A stretch of DNA of 64,000 nucleotides, from positions 52,681-116,680 of the IMG/VR virus record IMGVR_UViG_3300042673_001035. One strand, written 5' to 3'. Source of the stretch: a virus. Under the pieces are notes generated by a model that saw nothing but the letters and a program-made list of their open reading frames with translations, searched no databases and was not told the DNA's origin. A program made the translations under genes and the position numbers. Within the stretch, counting starts at the first letter, position 1, and the number at the start of each line of letters is the position of its first letter. Below, in pieces: positions 31,403-42,160 of the stretch.

Positions 31403-31744
31403 TTAATTTGTTTTTTGATTTTCCCACCAATATTTTGTTGTTCGTAACACTTCGGATATTTCAACTAATAAGGATGTAAAATGTTGTATTTCGGCTAAAA
31501 CAAGTCTCCTTTCCGTTGCTACTTGTAATCCCATAGTAAATAATCCATATGTTCCATCAAACTCATTACGAACTAAATGAACTTCTTGTGGTGCATTCCA
31601 TCCACCAAAACCACTATCATGTATATCAAATTCAAATACATATGCACCTTGTCCGACACTATTTGTAAATTCTCTTACATGATAAATCGGTCTACCATAA
31701 CAGGTCATATTTATTACCTTATCTATATTCTTAATTGTTAACAT
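31403..31744 (-). CDS. 'MLTIKN' paralogue family member
   Basis: MLTIKNIDKV...HVRE...YVFEF...VHLVR...YGL. Confidence 0.7.
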   Translation of the reverse strand: MLTIKNIDKVINMTCYGRPIYHVREFTNSVGQGAYVFEFDIHDSGFGGWNAPQEVHLVRNEFDGTYGLFTMGLQVATERRLVLAEIQHFTSLLVEISEVLRTTKYWWENQKTN

Positions 31745-31745
31745 A

Positions 31746-32036
31746 CTATAAATCTTTTAATGCTTCTGTAAATGTAAATTTCATATTCCTAATTATACCA
31801 AAGTATTTAGCTGATATCCAATGGTTGTCAAATTTACCATTATCAACTCTATACATATTTACATTTTGTTCACTATCCCATTTTGGGTATCTATATACAT
31901 CAACATATACCCACCTACTGGTTTCCTTAAATGCAAATCTATACTTCTCATAAAATATTTCAACACCTCTTAATGTAAATCTACCATCTACAAAATTCAT
32001 TCCTTTTATATCATCTGGGTTTTTAATCACTAACAT
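31746..32036 (-). CDS. 'MLTIKN' paralogue family member
   Basis: MLVIKNPDDIKG...YRFAF...VDVYR...YRV. Confidence 0.65.
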   Translation of the reverse strand: MLVIKNPDDIKGMNFVDGRFTLRGVEIFYEKYRFAFKETSRWVYVDVYRYPKWDSEQNVNMYRVDNGKFDNHWISAKYFGIIRNMKFTFTEALKDL

Positions 32037-32405
32037 ATTATATTGATTTTGCCATATTATAAAATACTTTTTTTAGTCCACCTAATGAACTCAATTTTGA
32101 TTTAGTAACCATTACTTTTGTCAAAACAACATCACGACCTTTTGGGCGGGGTTCAATCATATGTACGTGTGCGGGTTCACCATTTGCATCGGTGGTGGGT
32201 ATAAACAAATCGATAGTTATTCTTTCTGGAACCGAATAGTTTTGTTTTACTTCACTTAAAGAAATAGTGTAATCTTTACCACCCGGTGAGGATGCTATTT
32301 CGGAAACATCTGTGCAAACATACATTTGTGTTGCTGCATTGAATAAAGGAATATTAAACTCCATATCAATTAAACTATTCGGACTTTTTTTTGTCATCTT
32401 TCTCA

Positions 32406-32927
32406 TTATCTATTTAGTTTTGTTATACATTCATCAACCTTATCTCTTAATTTACCACCATATCCAAAATCACCATTAACTTGTACATGCCTCCATTGTG
32501 GAATACCTAATGACTTATATCCAAAGTTTAACTTCATATCATCAATAGAAATCCAATTGGTAGGTTTGAATGACTTAACCCACATTTCAATCTCACATGC
32601 TCTATCCCATTCTAACGATGAACTCATTTTCTTTTTGGGATTAAAGTTTGTTGTAGTATCTAATAAGTTCCACCTACCAATACCATAGTGTTCAAATATC
32701 ATACTCAACTGAATAAAACCATAATGCTTTTTCCAGTCAGACGATACTACTAATCTTGCATCAGTTTGTTTTATAATCTCACTCAATGCATCACACTCAG
32801 CTTTGTCCCATGCGTAAGGTATTGTAAACTCATTCATCGTTCCTTCCATTATTTTCACTTTACCATCTCCCCAATTACCCCACGATAATGGGCCATCTAT
32901 GTCTATGAATATTGCTTTACCTCTCAT
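32406..32927 (-). CDS. HAD-family phosphatase (Swiss-army-knife RNA-repair type)
   Basis: FIDIDGPL, VVSSDWK, R..EI..W, WISIDD. Confidence 0.8.
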   Translation of the reverse strand: MRGKAIFIDIDGPLSWGNWGDGKVKIMEGTMNEFTIPYAWDKAECDALSEIIKQTDARLVVSSDWKKHYGFIQLSMIFEHYGIGRWNLLDTTTNFNPKKKMSSSLEWDRACEIEMWVKSFKPTNWISIDDMKLNFGYKSLGIPQWRHVQVNGDFGYGGKLRDKVDECITKLNR

Positions 32928-33154
32928 AACTTATTTCATTATCTTATTAACTAATTCATTCCATTCTTGTCTTTCTATCTTGTCTGCATTAAACATTTCA
33001 AACTCATCTTCATCTTTATTATTTCTCAATGTTATGATATGATAGTCATCTGCTAATGGTGACTTAAATAATGTATCTTTACATTTTGAAAATTCATAAT
33101 CATCCATTGACATACGAAACTTCATTATGAATATTGGTTTTGCCATAATCTATT

Positions 33155-33472
33155 TTATTTATTTGTTACATTATCCCAATCATACAATACCTCTTTCAAA
33201 TAGTTGAGTAATGTGAATGGGTCTTTTACATCATGCAATCCAAAATTATATTCTAATGGTGTAGAATTTATATCATCCCATAATTTCATTTTATATGAAT
33301 CGTTATCACCTTTATCGGGATATCTACTCATATGAACTTTGAAATTGGTTGAATAAATATTATCATGTTCAAATATAAATTGATAATAATCAGGTTCACA
33401 TTCCCAACCCATCACTTCAATATTTTGTGAATTGATTGATAATATTTTTTCTATATTGTTTATTGTTATCAT
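33155..33472 (-). CDS. 'MLTIKN' paralogue family member
   Basis: MITINNIEKI...YQFIF...VHMSR...YKM...DVKD. Confidence 0.7.
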   Translation of the reverse strand: MITINNIEKILSINSQNIEVMGWECEPDYYQFIFEHDNIYSTNFKVHMSRYPDKGDNDSYKMKLWDDINSTPLEYNFGLHDVKDPFTLLNYLKEVLYDWDNVTNK

Positions 33473-33473
33473 A

Positions 33474-33776
33474 TTATTTTTTTAATAGTTCATCCATATG
33501 CTCTAATAATACCCATTGGTTTTCAATATCTTTTTTTGGTATCTTTAATCTTTTAGTTTTAACTCTACGAGATGGTTTTGGTGATGGTTGTCTTATCCAT
33601 AATTCATAATCACCATTAATACCCAATCGTTCTAAACATATTGTAAAACGTGGGTTTTTATCATCATATAAAATTATAGTATATTGCGTTGGTAATTCAT
33701 CCACACCTACAATTTTATGGCCTTTATCACCCACATGTTGTCCACATATCTCACTATAATTCTTTATTGTTAACAT
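33474..33776 (-). CDS. 'MLTIKN' paralogue family member
   Basis: MLTIKNYSEICG...GVDE...YTIIL...ICLER...YEL...DIEN. Confidence 0.7.
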   Translation of the reverse strand: MLTIKNYSEICGQHVGDKGHKIVGVDELPTQYTIILYDDKNPRFTICLERLGINGDYELWIRQPSPKPSRRVKTKRLKIPKKDIENQWVLLEHMDELLKK

Positions 33777-33777
33777 A

Positions 33778-34041
33778 CTATAATTTTTGTATTTTTTCCA
33801 TTACTTCGGTTACATCTATTGGTCTTAAATAACCAATCACATCATCCGTAATTGGTGTATCGTAACATATCTCACCATCTTTGAAAACTGCTAATTCATA
33901 TAATCCTGTTTCACCACCATAAGAGTATTTACTTTTCACTACTGATACTTCATACCCATTGTCAAATTTTGTTCTACTTACAATTCCATATTCTTCACCC
34001 ATTGGGTTTGATTTGAATATTATGTCGTTAAATGTTTTCAT
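33778..34041 (-). CDS. conserved phage protein
   Basis: [10 protein letters not shown]...SYGG..GLYELAV...[13 protein letters not shown]. Confidence 0.7.
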   Translation of the reverse strand: MKTFNDIIFKSNPMGEEYGIVSRTKFDNGYEVSVVKSKYSYGGETGLYELAVFKDGEICYDTPITDDVIGYLRPIDVTEVMEKIQKL

Positions 34042-34042
34042 T

Positions 34043-34636
34043 TTAAATACTTTGTTCTTTATATAATTTTAATAATCTTTCACTCATCTGTGTATATCTC
34101 ATATTGAATTTGTTACTCATTTTAGATACAATCATTTGGTTTGTGTAAGGTGCGTTATTAGGATTTGACCACTTACGAGAATGATACATATAGTTGTAAA
34201 ACATCACATACGCATTTGCCTTTCTAATGTAATCATCTATGTCAATGTTTAAACCCCACTTCTTCATTAAAGCAACCGACCTCTTTTCGTTATCCAATTC
34301 CAAGTCTCTACTTTTAGCAAGTGCTGTTTTGATACCTCTCACATTTTTACCATCTAACCATTCTTCAACTTTCTCTAAACCTTTACAACCATCAGTCCAT
34401 ACTTTCACTCCTTCCAACCATTGTGTCATGTGACAATATTCATGTACGACTACACCCAACGAATCATTACTATTCATAGCAACTACTAATTCTTTACTTT
34501 CTTCGTCAAAGTAACCACTACATCTAATATTACCACTTAACTTCAAATACTTCACTTTGCGTAAATCACACTTTACACCATTCTCTTTACATTGTTTTTT
34601 CACCCATTGTATAAATCTCTTTTCTTTTGCTCTCAT
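34043..34636 (-). CDS. HEXXH metallopeptidase-like protein
   Basis: [10 protein letters not shown]...ELDNE. Confidence 0.65.
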   Translation of the reverse strand: MRAKEKRFIQWVKKQCKENGVKCDLRKVKYLKLSGNIRCSGYFDEESKELVVAMNSNDSLGVVVHEYCHMTQWLEGVKVWTDGCKGLEKVEEWLDGKNVRGIKTALAKSRDLELDNEKRSVALMKKWGLNIDIDDYIRKANAYVMFYNYMYHSRKWSNPNNAPYTNQMIVSKMSNKFNMRYTQMSERLLKLYKEQSI

Positions 34637-34723
34637 ATAATTTTTTTCGTTACCAAATTGGTAGATAAAATGATAGGGGATAGAACTTAATCTACCCCCT
34701 ACACATTCTCACCATTAAAACTA

Positions 34724-36016
34724 CTACCAAACGATAGTTTCGTCATCGGTTGTCTCATCATCTTTCACTTCATTGAAAAGTTGAGACTCATCATCCGACT
34801 TAATATATTTTTGTAGTAATTGAGTCATAAATACTCTCTCACTATCTAATCCACCATCATTACTGAAATAAGGTAAGATTGCAATGTTTGCTGCTTCAAA
34901 CAATGTGAAACCATCATAGATAAGTCCAGCAGCTTCTACATTCACACGGGTAGAAACGATAGTTGAAATCTTACTTGCGTCAGTCTTAATCAATTGACGA
35001 GTAGTGTCAGCAATCTCTGCTAATGCGTTCAATGAATACTCATCAGCTTCAGGAAACTTAAACTTCAATAAGGCAAGTTCACCCTCTTTGTCCAATAAGT
35101 CCATTTCAATTTGAACAAATCTATCCATCAATGCTCTATCCATTACTCTCGTAGCGGTGTATTCTCCACCAATATTGGCCGTCGCGATAAACGTCACGCC
35201 ATTTGCAACTTTTACAATTGGTGAACCTTCCGCCTCATCCAAACGTAAGTATCTTTGACCAGCATCTAACACAGTCATTAAGATATTCGCAGCTTCTGGG
35301 TGAGCTCTACTCAACTCATCCAATAAGATAATTGCGTTCGGTGTTTTGATTGCTTTAACGAATGCTGATTCACTAAAGAAAGTACCACTCTCTTTGTTGA
35401 AATGTGTGTTACCGATTAAGGTTGCTCTCGCATCTTGTGTAGCACCTAAGTTGAAATAGAAATCAGGTCGTTTCAAAGACTTCACTAACGATTGTGCAGC
35501 TAATGTCTTACCACAACCCGTTGGACCTGTCATTAAGATATTCTTACCTCTAACTGCTGAACGGAGTAAATACTTCCACTTCAATTCTTCAATGAATAGT
35601 CCGTTTGGTTTTAAGTCCTTACCCTTTGTATGGATAAATTCTTTTAGTAAGTCATGTGTTTCAAATGCTTCTTGTACTGAATCACACGCCTCATCCGATA
35701 TAGTAGCTGAATGTTTTTTGAACTCATCCATCTCTACCATTTTGTAGGATAACTTACCTGTTTTACCTATGTAAGCTTGGATTGCTTTATTCTCATCCAT
35801 TGCTTTTTTCATAGTTTGTTTACTTACACCGGCTAACTTAGTTACCGGTTGATTGTTTGTGGTTAACATTGCAAATGTTCTACCGACTTGAATTACTTTG
35901 TAAATTTCATTTGTGAAACCCACTGTGAAATCTTTCACTTTTGTTGTTGTTCTTTTTACCATTGTTTTTGTAGTTTTAACTTTATTAACTTTTTTGTTAG
36001 TTTGATTAGTTCGCAT
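34724..36016 (-). CDS. MoxR/CbbQ/CobS-like AAA+ ATPase
   Basis: Walker A GPTGCGKT, Walker B ILLDE, ATAN, MDRALMDRF, STR. Confidence 0.9.
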   Translation of the reverse strand: MRTNQTNKKVNKVKTTKTMVKRTTTKVKDFTVGFTNEIYKVIQVGRTFAMLTTNNQPVTKLAGVSKQTMKKAMDENKAIQAYIGKTGKLSYKMVEMDEFKKHSATISDEACDSVQEAFETHDLLKEFIHTKGKDLKPNGLFIEELKWKYLLRSAVRGKNILMTGPTGCGKTLAAQSLVKSLKRPDFYFNLGATQDARATLIGNTHFNKESGTFFSESAFVKAIKTPNAIILLDELSRAHPEAANILMTVLDAGQRYLRLDEAEGSPIVKVANGVTFIATANIGGEYTATRVMDRALMDRFVQIEMDLLDKEGELALLKFKFPEADEYSLNALAEIADTTRQLIKTDASKISTIVSTRVNVEAAGLIYDGFTLFEAANIAILPYFSNDGGLDSERVFMTQLLQKYIKSDDESQLFNEVKDDETTDDETIVW

Positions 36017-36049
36017 AACTTTATAATGTTTAATTGGTGAATTGTTTAC

Positions 36050-36184
36050 ACAATATACGACTTTTTTCCCGTATCACCAAATCTATTTTTAATTGATTGA
36101 TTATTAATGAGTTATAGGCAGTAAAAAGACCTAATACATAACTCATTGATTATCAACGGATTAGTGTTTTTAGGTCTTTTTTAC
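36050..36184 (-). promoter_or_regulatory. promoter plus two 25-bp palindromes
   Basis: Promoter 36050-36082; palindromes 36090-36114 and 36139-36163, the latter inside the inverted repeat 36121-36184. Confidence 0.8.
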
Positions 36185-36242
36185 CTATATTTGTGAAAAA
36201 TGGGACCCGAAAGTCCCAAATTTCACTTTGGGCTTTCCGAGC

Positions 36243-38537
36243 CTATTTTTTGTTTTTAGATAGGAATAATTCGTTCATAGTTTTAGCGACTTCAAACATA
36301 TTTTCCACGTTGACATATTTTGCGTCATTTCCATACATTGTTTTGAATGCTCTCCAATCGGATGAATGTTCAAAGTTACTACCATAATCGGTAATAAAGT
36401 ATGAAAGGACATCTATACCACTATCTCTAATTTTTTTCACTTGCTTTTTAGTGTGTAATGCAGCAGGTTCACCTGAATACTGAATTTCATCACTACCTCT
36501 ACTAATTGAGTAAGAGGGTTGACCATCAGAAAAGTTTAGGAAATACGATTGACTTTCATTCGTTGACGGAACTAATTGTTTCAATATTGCCTCAAAACAC
36601 AATCCTTCTGGTGTAGTGTTGTTTGCTTGTAAGATAGACATATATCTTGCGAATTGTCTAAATGAATCTCTACGACTATCGTGGATAATTGCAACATATG
36701 GTAAACAAGTACTACCTCTATCAGTAGAACGAATTGAAACTTGTACATTGATATTACGAGCCATCTCACATGCTTTCACAATAGCGACAGTTGATACAAT
36801 ACATTTTCTCAATTTATCACCACTCATTGAACCAGAATAGTCAATTGATATATGTAGGTTTGCTTTTTTGAATTGGTCAACTTCGTTTGTGAAAAACACA
36901 TTCTCATTATCATAACCCAATGACGCAACCATACGACCATCAATCTTACCTCTTTTCAATCTACTGAATACCGTCTCACGACTTTCACTACGAACTTGTA
37001 GTTTCTTACCCAATAGTGTACCTAATGTTGTACCTCTACGAACTTCGTCAGCTGCCCATATCTTTGGTTCACTTGTGTTCCAATCATTATGTGAGAATGG
37101 AAAGTCATCCGACTTCAACATATTTTCGGTCAATCGTTTCACTACGATACAATCAACACCTTTCATCACACTACCATGTCTATCCATACCATTACCAACA
37201 CGAACCAATTCGGTATCTGATTCTTGAATGTCTTTCAGTTTCTCCAATTCATTCTTTTGGACATTCTTCTTTTTGATATTACCATCAATAAAGTCTTTTT
37301 GCTTTTGGATTTTCTTATCCAATTGTTTTTTAGCAGCATCGGATAACTTCACTTTGGTATTACCTTGCTGACCTTGTCCGTCATCGGTGTTACCCAATTT
37401 AGCAGTTACTTGACCACTCATTTGTCCATCCGTTCCACCCATATCACCGTTGTCATCATTATCATCATCTTCATTGATATCGGCAATTTCTATTTCACTA
37501 TCACCATCACCATCCGTTCCACTTTCACCTTTACCCTTACCTTTACCTTTCATCATTTGTGCGTTATCGTAAGGGACAGTTTTAAGTATCTCAGCAAGAA
37601 TGTCTACTGCTAATTGGAAACTATCTTTTGTTGATGTCAAACGACTAATGTCCTTTAAGTTCACTAAACGATAGATTGCTCTCAATCCTTTCAATTTAGA
37701 TAGGTCAGTTTTCTCATTCATCAAGTTAATGATACGGAACATATAGGCTTCGAATGTCTCATCCGTATATTCATCACTCTCAATACCTTTAGTTACAATC
37801 TTATCGTTGAAATAGTTATCATACATTTGAGTATAATAATCTCTATAACCAGGTGCAGTTTTGAATATGTGCATATCAATACGTCTATCCTCTACCCAAT
37901 TGGTAAGAGAACTAATGATATTGAATATCTCATCATTCATACTACCCTTACTACCAATCTTACCCGTTGACAAATACATCTCATTGAATAGATTTTCGTA
38001 TATTGGATATTGACAAGTATATTTTCTAATCTGAGCATCCACTTTATCAATAGTCCAACTGATTGGTAGATTGTTCTCAATTTCATTTTGAGTATCACTA
38101 TTGATTTGTCTTTGTACTCTTTCGTAGTTAGATAACATATCGTTCATATTAGACAACAACTTAAAGTCCGACAATATAATGTGTGAACCTTCGTGTAATG
38201 CTAAACCAACCGACACGTCGAATTTGTCATCAACATCGGCCGAAAGAATAACTCTCTTACCATCCGTTTTACTATCACTTTTTGTAGCGAATGTAACGGG
38301 TATGTTTTTTTGTGTAACGATTTGTACGAAGTTAGAAATAGCTCGTCTTACTGATGCTAACTTATATAGGTTGTTAGTCTTTTTATACAAGTCTAAATCT
38401 TGTTTTTTGAAACCACCATAGGTTTCTAATACATCATACGAAGTGTCATAATCATCATACCAAAATGATGATGCGTAACTTTTACCTTTTGTTAGGTAGT
38501 CTTTCGTACCTGTCTTGAATTTGTCATACCAACTCAT
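36243..38537 (-). CDS. vWA-domain protein with N-terminal HEXXH domain (CobT-like AAA partner)
   Basis: LALHEGSH, NWVEDRRID, acidic/Gly linker, MIDAS DYSGSM, TPE, FSDGQP. Confidence 0.88.
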   Translation of the reverse strand: MSWYDKFKTGTKDYLTKGKSYASSFWYDDYDTSYDVLETYGGFKKQDLDLYKKTNNLYKLASVRRAISNFVQIVTQKNIPVTFATKSDSKTDGKRVILSADVDDKFDVSVGLALHEGSHIILSDFKLLSNMNDMLSNYERVQRQINSDTQNEIENNLPISWTIDKVDAQIRKYTCQYPIYENLFNEMYLSTGKIGSKGSMNDEIFNIISSLTNWVEDRRIDMHIFKTAPGYRDYYTQMYDNYFNDKIVTKGIESDEYTDETFEAYMFRIINLMNEKTDLSKLKGLRAIYRLVNLKDISRLTSTKDSFQLAVDILAEILKTVPYDNAQMMKGKGKGKGESGTDGDGDSEIEIADINEDDDNDDNGDMGGTDGQMSGQVTAKLGNTDDGQGQQGNTKVKLSDAAKKQLDKKIQKQKDFIDGNIKKKNVQKNELEKLKDIQESDTELVRVGNGMDRHGSVMKGVDCIVVKRLTENMLKSDDFPFSHNDWNTSEPKIWAADEVRRGTTLGTLLGKKLQVRSESRETVFSRLKRGKIDGRMVASLGYDNENVFFTNEVDQFKKANLHISIDYSGSMSGDKLRKCIVSTVAIVKACEMARNINVQVSIRSTDRGSTCLPYVAIIHDSRRDSFRQFARYMSILQANNTTPEGLCFEAILKQLVPSTNESQSYFLNFSDGQPSYSISRGSDEIQYSGEPAALHTKKQVKKIRDSGIDVLSYFITDYGSNFEHSSDWRAFKTMYGNDAKYVNVENMFEVAKTMNELFLSKNKK

Positions 38538-38585
38538 AGCTCGGAAATTTTATGTGTTTTTGTTAAATAATTGTTGAATATACCT

Positions 38586-38709
38586 CAATATACGACAAAT
38601 AATTGACATTACCAAATATTTATTAAACTTTTTTTTAATATGTTGATAGTCAATGAGTTATACATAAAAAAAGACCTACATATGTAAGTCTTTGATTATC
38701 AATGAGTTA
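38586..38709 (-). promoter_or_regulatory. promoter plus two 25-bp palindromes
   Basis: Promoter 38586-38617; palindromes 38636-38660 and 38685-38709. Confidence 0.8.
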
Positions 38710-38896
38710 TGAAAATACCCCTTTATAGGGTAAAATCCTCGTTAGTTTGCATCCCTTTTGGGATTTTTGTATTATTTTGAGGTTTATTACCTACTACGGT
38801 AATTTTCGTTTGAGGTTGTTTGTCCTCTTTCAATAAATCCCTTATTTCTTCTAAAAGACTTTTGATAATTGTAAATTGTTCTACATCCATATTTGT

Positions 38897-39967
38897 TTAA
38901 TTTAATAACTTTTTAATGATTTCTTCACTTTGAGAATAATCGTTTAAATGATGAAATAACATTTTTCTATTGTTTTGTGATTTTTCTAGCCAAATATTAT
39001 ACATTTTTTCAAATTCTTCTTCGGTGGCCAGTTTTATCCAATTTTTGAAATTATTAAAATTATGATTTAAATCTGTAATAGAATCAAAACTACTTCCAAA
39101 TTCAAAATTTAATAAATAAAACCCTCTAGATTTTAAATAAGATATTATATTCACAGGTGCAAGTAAATAAAAGGGTTTTGCAAAAAATAATCCTTTATAT
39201 GTTTTTTCTGTTAAAAATGCCTCAGCTTTATTATCACAATTAATTGTTTCAAATATTAAATTGATATTACAATTCGTATAATCAAATATTGTTTCAAAAT
39301 GTTTATACTTTGGATATGTTAAATCATATGCATCGTTTGCAGAATTTTTAGGTGTTAAATCTTCTCCAAGTTGTAAAATATATTCATTTCTCCAACTACT
39401 AGAATTATATGCTCTACTATAACTAAATAATCTTGGAGAATTTCTATTGTATTTTGTATAAATAAAATTATTCATCAAATCTTCAATCCAATAATAACCT
39501 ATATAGTATCTAAAATATCTAAAAGGTAATAGATAATCTATTTCACATTCTAATTCTGGTCTATTTGAACCTAATAGAATTTTATCGTATTTTATTTTTT
39601 CAAATGATTTTAAAAATTGTTTAGTAAATACTTCACCAAAATACCATATAAATATTTTCTTTGAATTTGGTATTTTTGATATTTTTTCATCGAATAAAAA
39701 TTCCTTTCCATCAATTAAATCCATAGAAAAAATCTTAACATCATATTCATCAAATATTTCATTTGATTCTTCTAAAAAATAAAAAGTATCCGCATAAATC
39801 AAAATATCACAATTCAATTTAGTATGATAATACAATTGTGTTTTACTTTCATCAAAAATAGTTGGGTTAAACTCCGATTTATATTCTAAATTTTCTTTTC
39901 CAAAAAATCCCAAAATAAATGGAATATGAGATTTGTAACTTCCTACAAAAACTATAACACTTTTCAT
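38897..39967 (-). CDS. glycosyltransferase-like protein (GT10-like C-terminal motif)
   Basis: NLIFET...FLTEKTYK....KPF. Confidence 0.55.
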   Translation of the reverse strand: MKSVIVFVGSYKSHIPFILGFFGKENLEYKSEFNPTIFDESKTQLYYHTKLNCDILIYADTFYFLEESNEIFDEYDVKIFSMDLIDGKEFLFDEKISKIPNSKKIFIWYFGEVFTKQFLKSFEKIKYDKILLGSNRPELECEIDYLLPFRYFRYYIGYYWIEDLMNNFIYTKYNRNSPRLFSYSRAYNSSSWRNEYILQLGEDLTPKNSANDAYDLTYPKYKHFETIFDYTNCNINLIFETINCDNKAEAFLTEKTYKGLFFAKPFYLLAPVNIISYLKSRGFYLLNFEFGSSFDSITDLNHNFNNFKNWIKLATEEEFEKMYNIWLEKSQNNRKMLFHHLNDYSQSEEIIKKLLN

Positions 39968-40485
39968 TATTTATTCGGTTTCAGTTTCCATAAATCTTTG
40001 AAATTCTAATCCCGCACTTTGATTCACTTCGTGTAAATGTTCTAAACTTAATTCATATCTCCCATTCATAGTTTGAGACATGAATAATTCAGTTTCTAAA
40101 CTATCTACTACTTTTTGCAAACTATCCGTTGTTTTTGGTGTAGATATAACTACTCTTTCACTTCTAAGTTTACTTAATTCTTTTTGTTGGAAATAACAAA
40201 TCAATAATACTGATACTGCACCTGTTCCAATAATTGCTTTCTGATGTTTTTGTATAAATTCTTTCATACTGTTTTATTTAAAAGTCTCCTTCCGAATGTA
40301 TGTTATTGTCATCCCAACCATCTCTACCAGCTGATGTTAGAAAATCACTTTCATCAACATCAATTTCATCTTCAACCATATAATCAACACTCTTTACCCA
40401 TGCCCAAATGAGAAAAGATAATCCAATTAGGATAAAACCATAAACCAACAACATAAAATATATACTTTAACAATTAATAATCCTT

Positions 40486-40995
40486 TTAATCCCACCAACC
40501 TCTCATTCCGCCTTTCAAATTTTTCCACAATTCCTTCCATTCAGCCTCTTGTATTTCGTGAGACCTTTTGAATACTTTTGAATTATGTTCTCTTTGTTCG
40601 GGTGTATCTTCTATTTCATCAAACCACCAATCTTTGTTTTGGATTTCTCCTAATTCCGTTTCAGCATCTTTAAGATATTCATCTTCTCTAATTCTATCAA
40701 TTAAGTATATTACTCTTTTGATTTCTTTAACTTTCTTTAATCTACTTTCATCCACCTCCTGTCCATAAAACTCCAATGTGTGAGCAAGTTTAGTCAAAGA
40801 ACGTCTTAACATCATTAGTGAGAAAATATAATCCCAACTACGATACTCCCATAATTCTTTTCTAAAATACCAAACATTGTCAACGAAACATGGTATTTTA
40901 TATCTAAATAATTCATAGGTTTTATACCACCAAGTTTGGTGCCTATTCATTGTCTTTAAAGATTTCAAAAAACTATCCGTAAATTGAACATCCAT
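40486..40995 (-). CDS. hypothetical phage protein
   Basis: 169-aa ORF ending GMRGWWD. Confidence 0.6.
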   Translation of the reverse strand: MDVQFTDSFLKSLKTMNRHQTWWYKTYELFRYKIPCFVDNVWYFRKELWEYRSWDYIFSLMMLRRSLTKLAHTLEFYGQEVDESRLKKVKEIKRVIYLIDRIREDEYLKDAETELGEIQNKDWWFDEIEDTPEQREHNSKVFKRSHEIQEAEWKELWKNLKGGMRGWWD

Positions 40996-41160
40996 AACTA
41001 TTTGTTTTTATTTTTTTTCTTAAAAAAGTCGATTATTTTCTTTTCTTTTCTTATCGTAGTCCACGAACCATCAGGATTTTCTCTTAAAAGTGGTGCTTTC
41101 CACATCTCAAATGCAATCCATAAAAATGTACCGACAACTCCAATTAAAATATATTCCATA

Positions 41161-41643
41161 TTATACAAATTTTAAAAATCTACTTTCGGTAAACTTATAA
41201 GAATACTTTATAACAAATCCCCAAAATAAATCACCAATGATAGAATATCCAAAGAAAGGAATTGCTAATGTATAACACATAGTCAATCCCTGAATTGTAT
41301 GTGGATAGTCCATAAGCCATACTCCAAAATTTGATACTATAAAAAATATTAAAGATGATAATAAGATTGATTTAACATTCATCTGATTTAAAATCCAACC
41401 CAACATTGTAATCATTATAAATGCAGAATATACCCACAAAGATATCATTCCAAATCCTAATACCATATCCGATACGAACATTGCAACCAATGGTACTAAT
41501 ATACTCAACCATCTTTTTTGAAACATTAGTCCTGAGAATAATGCCAATGAGGTTATTGGTGTAACATTTGGTGGATGTGGTATTAATCTAAACCACACTG
41601 CAATTAGGATAAATATCACTAATAGATTTTGTTTTTTATTCAT
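41161..41643 (-). CDS. membrane protein, DUF6580/ECF S-component-like
   Basis: RLIPHPPNVTPI..LALFSG, SD..LG, FFIVSNFGVW, CYTLAIPFF. Confidence 0.75.
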   Translation of the reverse strand: MNKKQNLLVIFILIAVWFRLIPHPPNVTPITSLALFSGLMFQKRWLSILVPLVAMFVSDMVLGFGMISLWVYSAFIMITMLGWILNQMNVKSILLSSLIFFIVSNFGVWLMDYPHTIQGLTMCYTLAIPFFGYSIIGDLFWGFVIKYSYKFTESRFLKFV

Positions 41644-41644
41644 A

Positions 41645-42160
41645 TTATTTGTTTTTATATTTTTCTAATATTTTATATCTTCTATTTCTTTCCTCTTCTG
41701 TCGTAATTGTATCAGGTGCATATGTATGTTCAATATTCACTTTTACACATACTTCCGGTAATTTATTATTTCTAAAATAGTTGTTTACATATCCTATTAT
41801 GTTTGCTGCACCAATTGGATTTGCAGAATGGACATAGACAGTTGGTAATGGAATTTTTTTATTCATTCCTTCTGCAACCAAATACCTTGCACAATCCATT
41901 CCTGTTTTTTCAGGTATACGATTGTAGTCTAATTCGTAATTTGGTTTTACATTTGTATAGTATTCTACCATTGCACCTTCACCTAAATCGTGGTCTAAAC
42001 TAATCACTTCATAATTTTCTATTCCATTCATTTTTATATGAGCAACAAATTCATCATAGTTTCTCACTACTTCCCATTCACCTTCGGTTGGTATTCTTAC
42101 ATCATCCAAATACAACCATATTTTATTCTTTCTCATTTTGTAATTTTTTAATGTGTTCAA
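41645..42160 (-). CDS. cyclic-phosphate-processing receiver-like domain protein
   Basis: LYLDDVR, ISLDHDLG, TGMDC, VHSANP. Confidence 0.75.
   Translation of the reverse strand: MNTLKNYKMRKNKIWLYLDDVRIPTEGEWEVVRNYDEFVAHIKMNGIENYEVISLDHDLGEGAMVEYYTNVKPNYELDYNRIPEKTGMDCARYLVAEGMNKKIPLPTVYVHSANPIGAANIIGYVNNYFRNNKLPEVCVKVNIEHTYAPDTITTEEERNRRYKILEKYKNK

Noticed and set aside
7498-33776. Diversity-generating retroelement as the source of the MLTIKN paralogues
   Set aside because: No reverse transcriptase and no near-identical template/variable repeat pair; divergence is old and spread throughout
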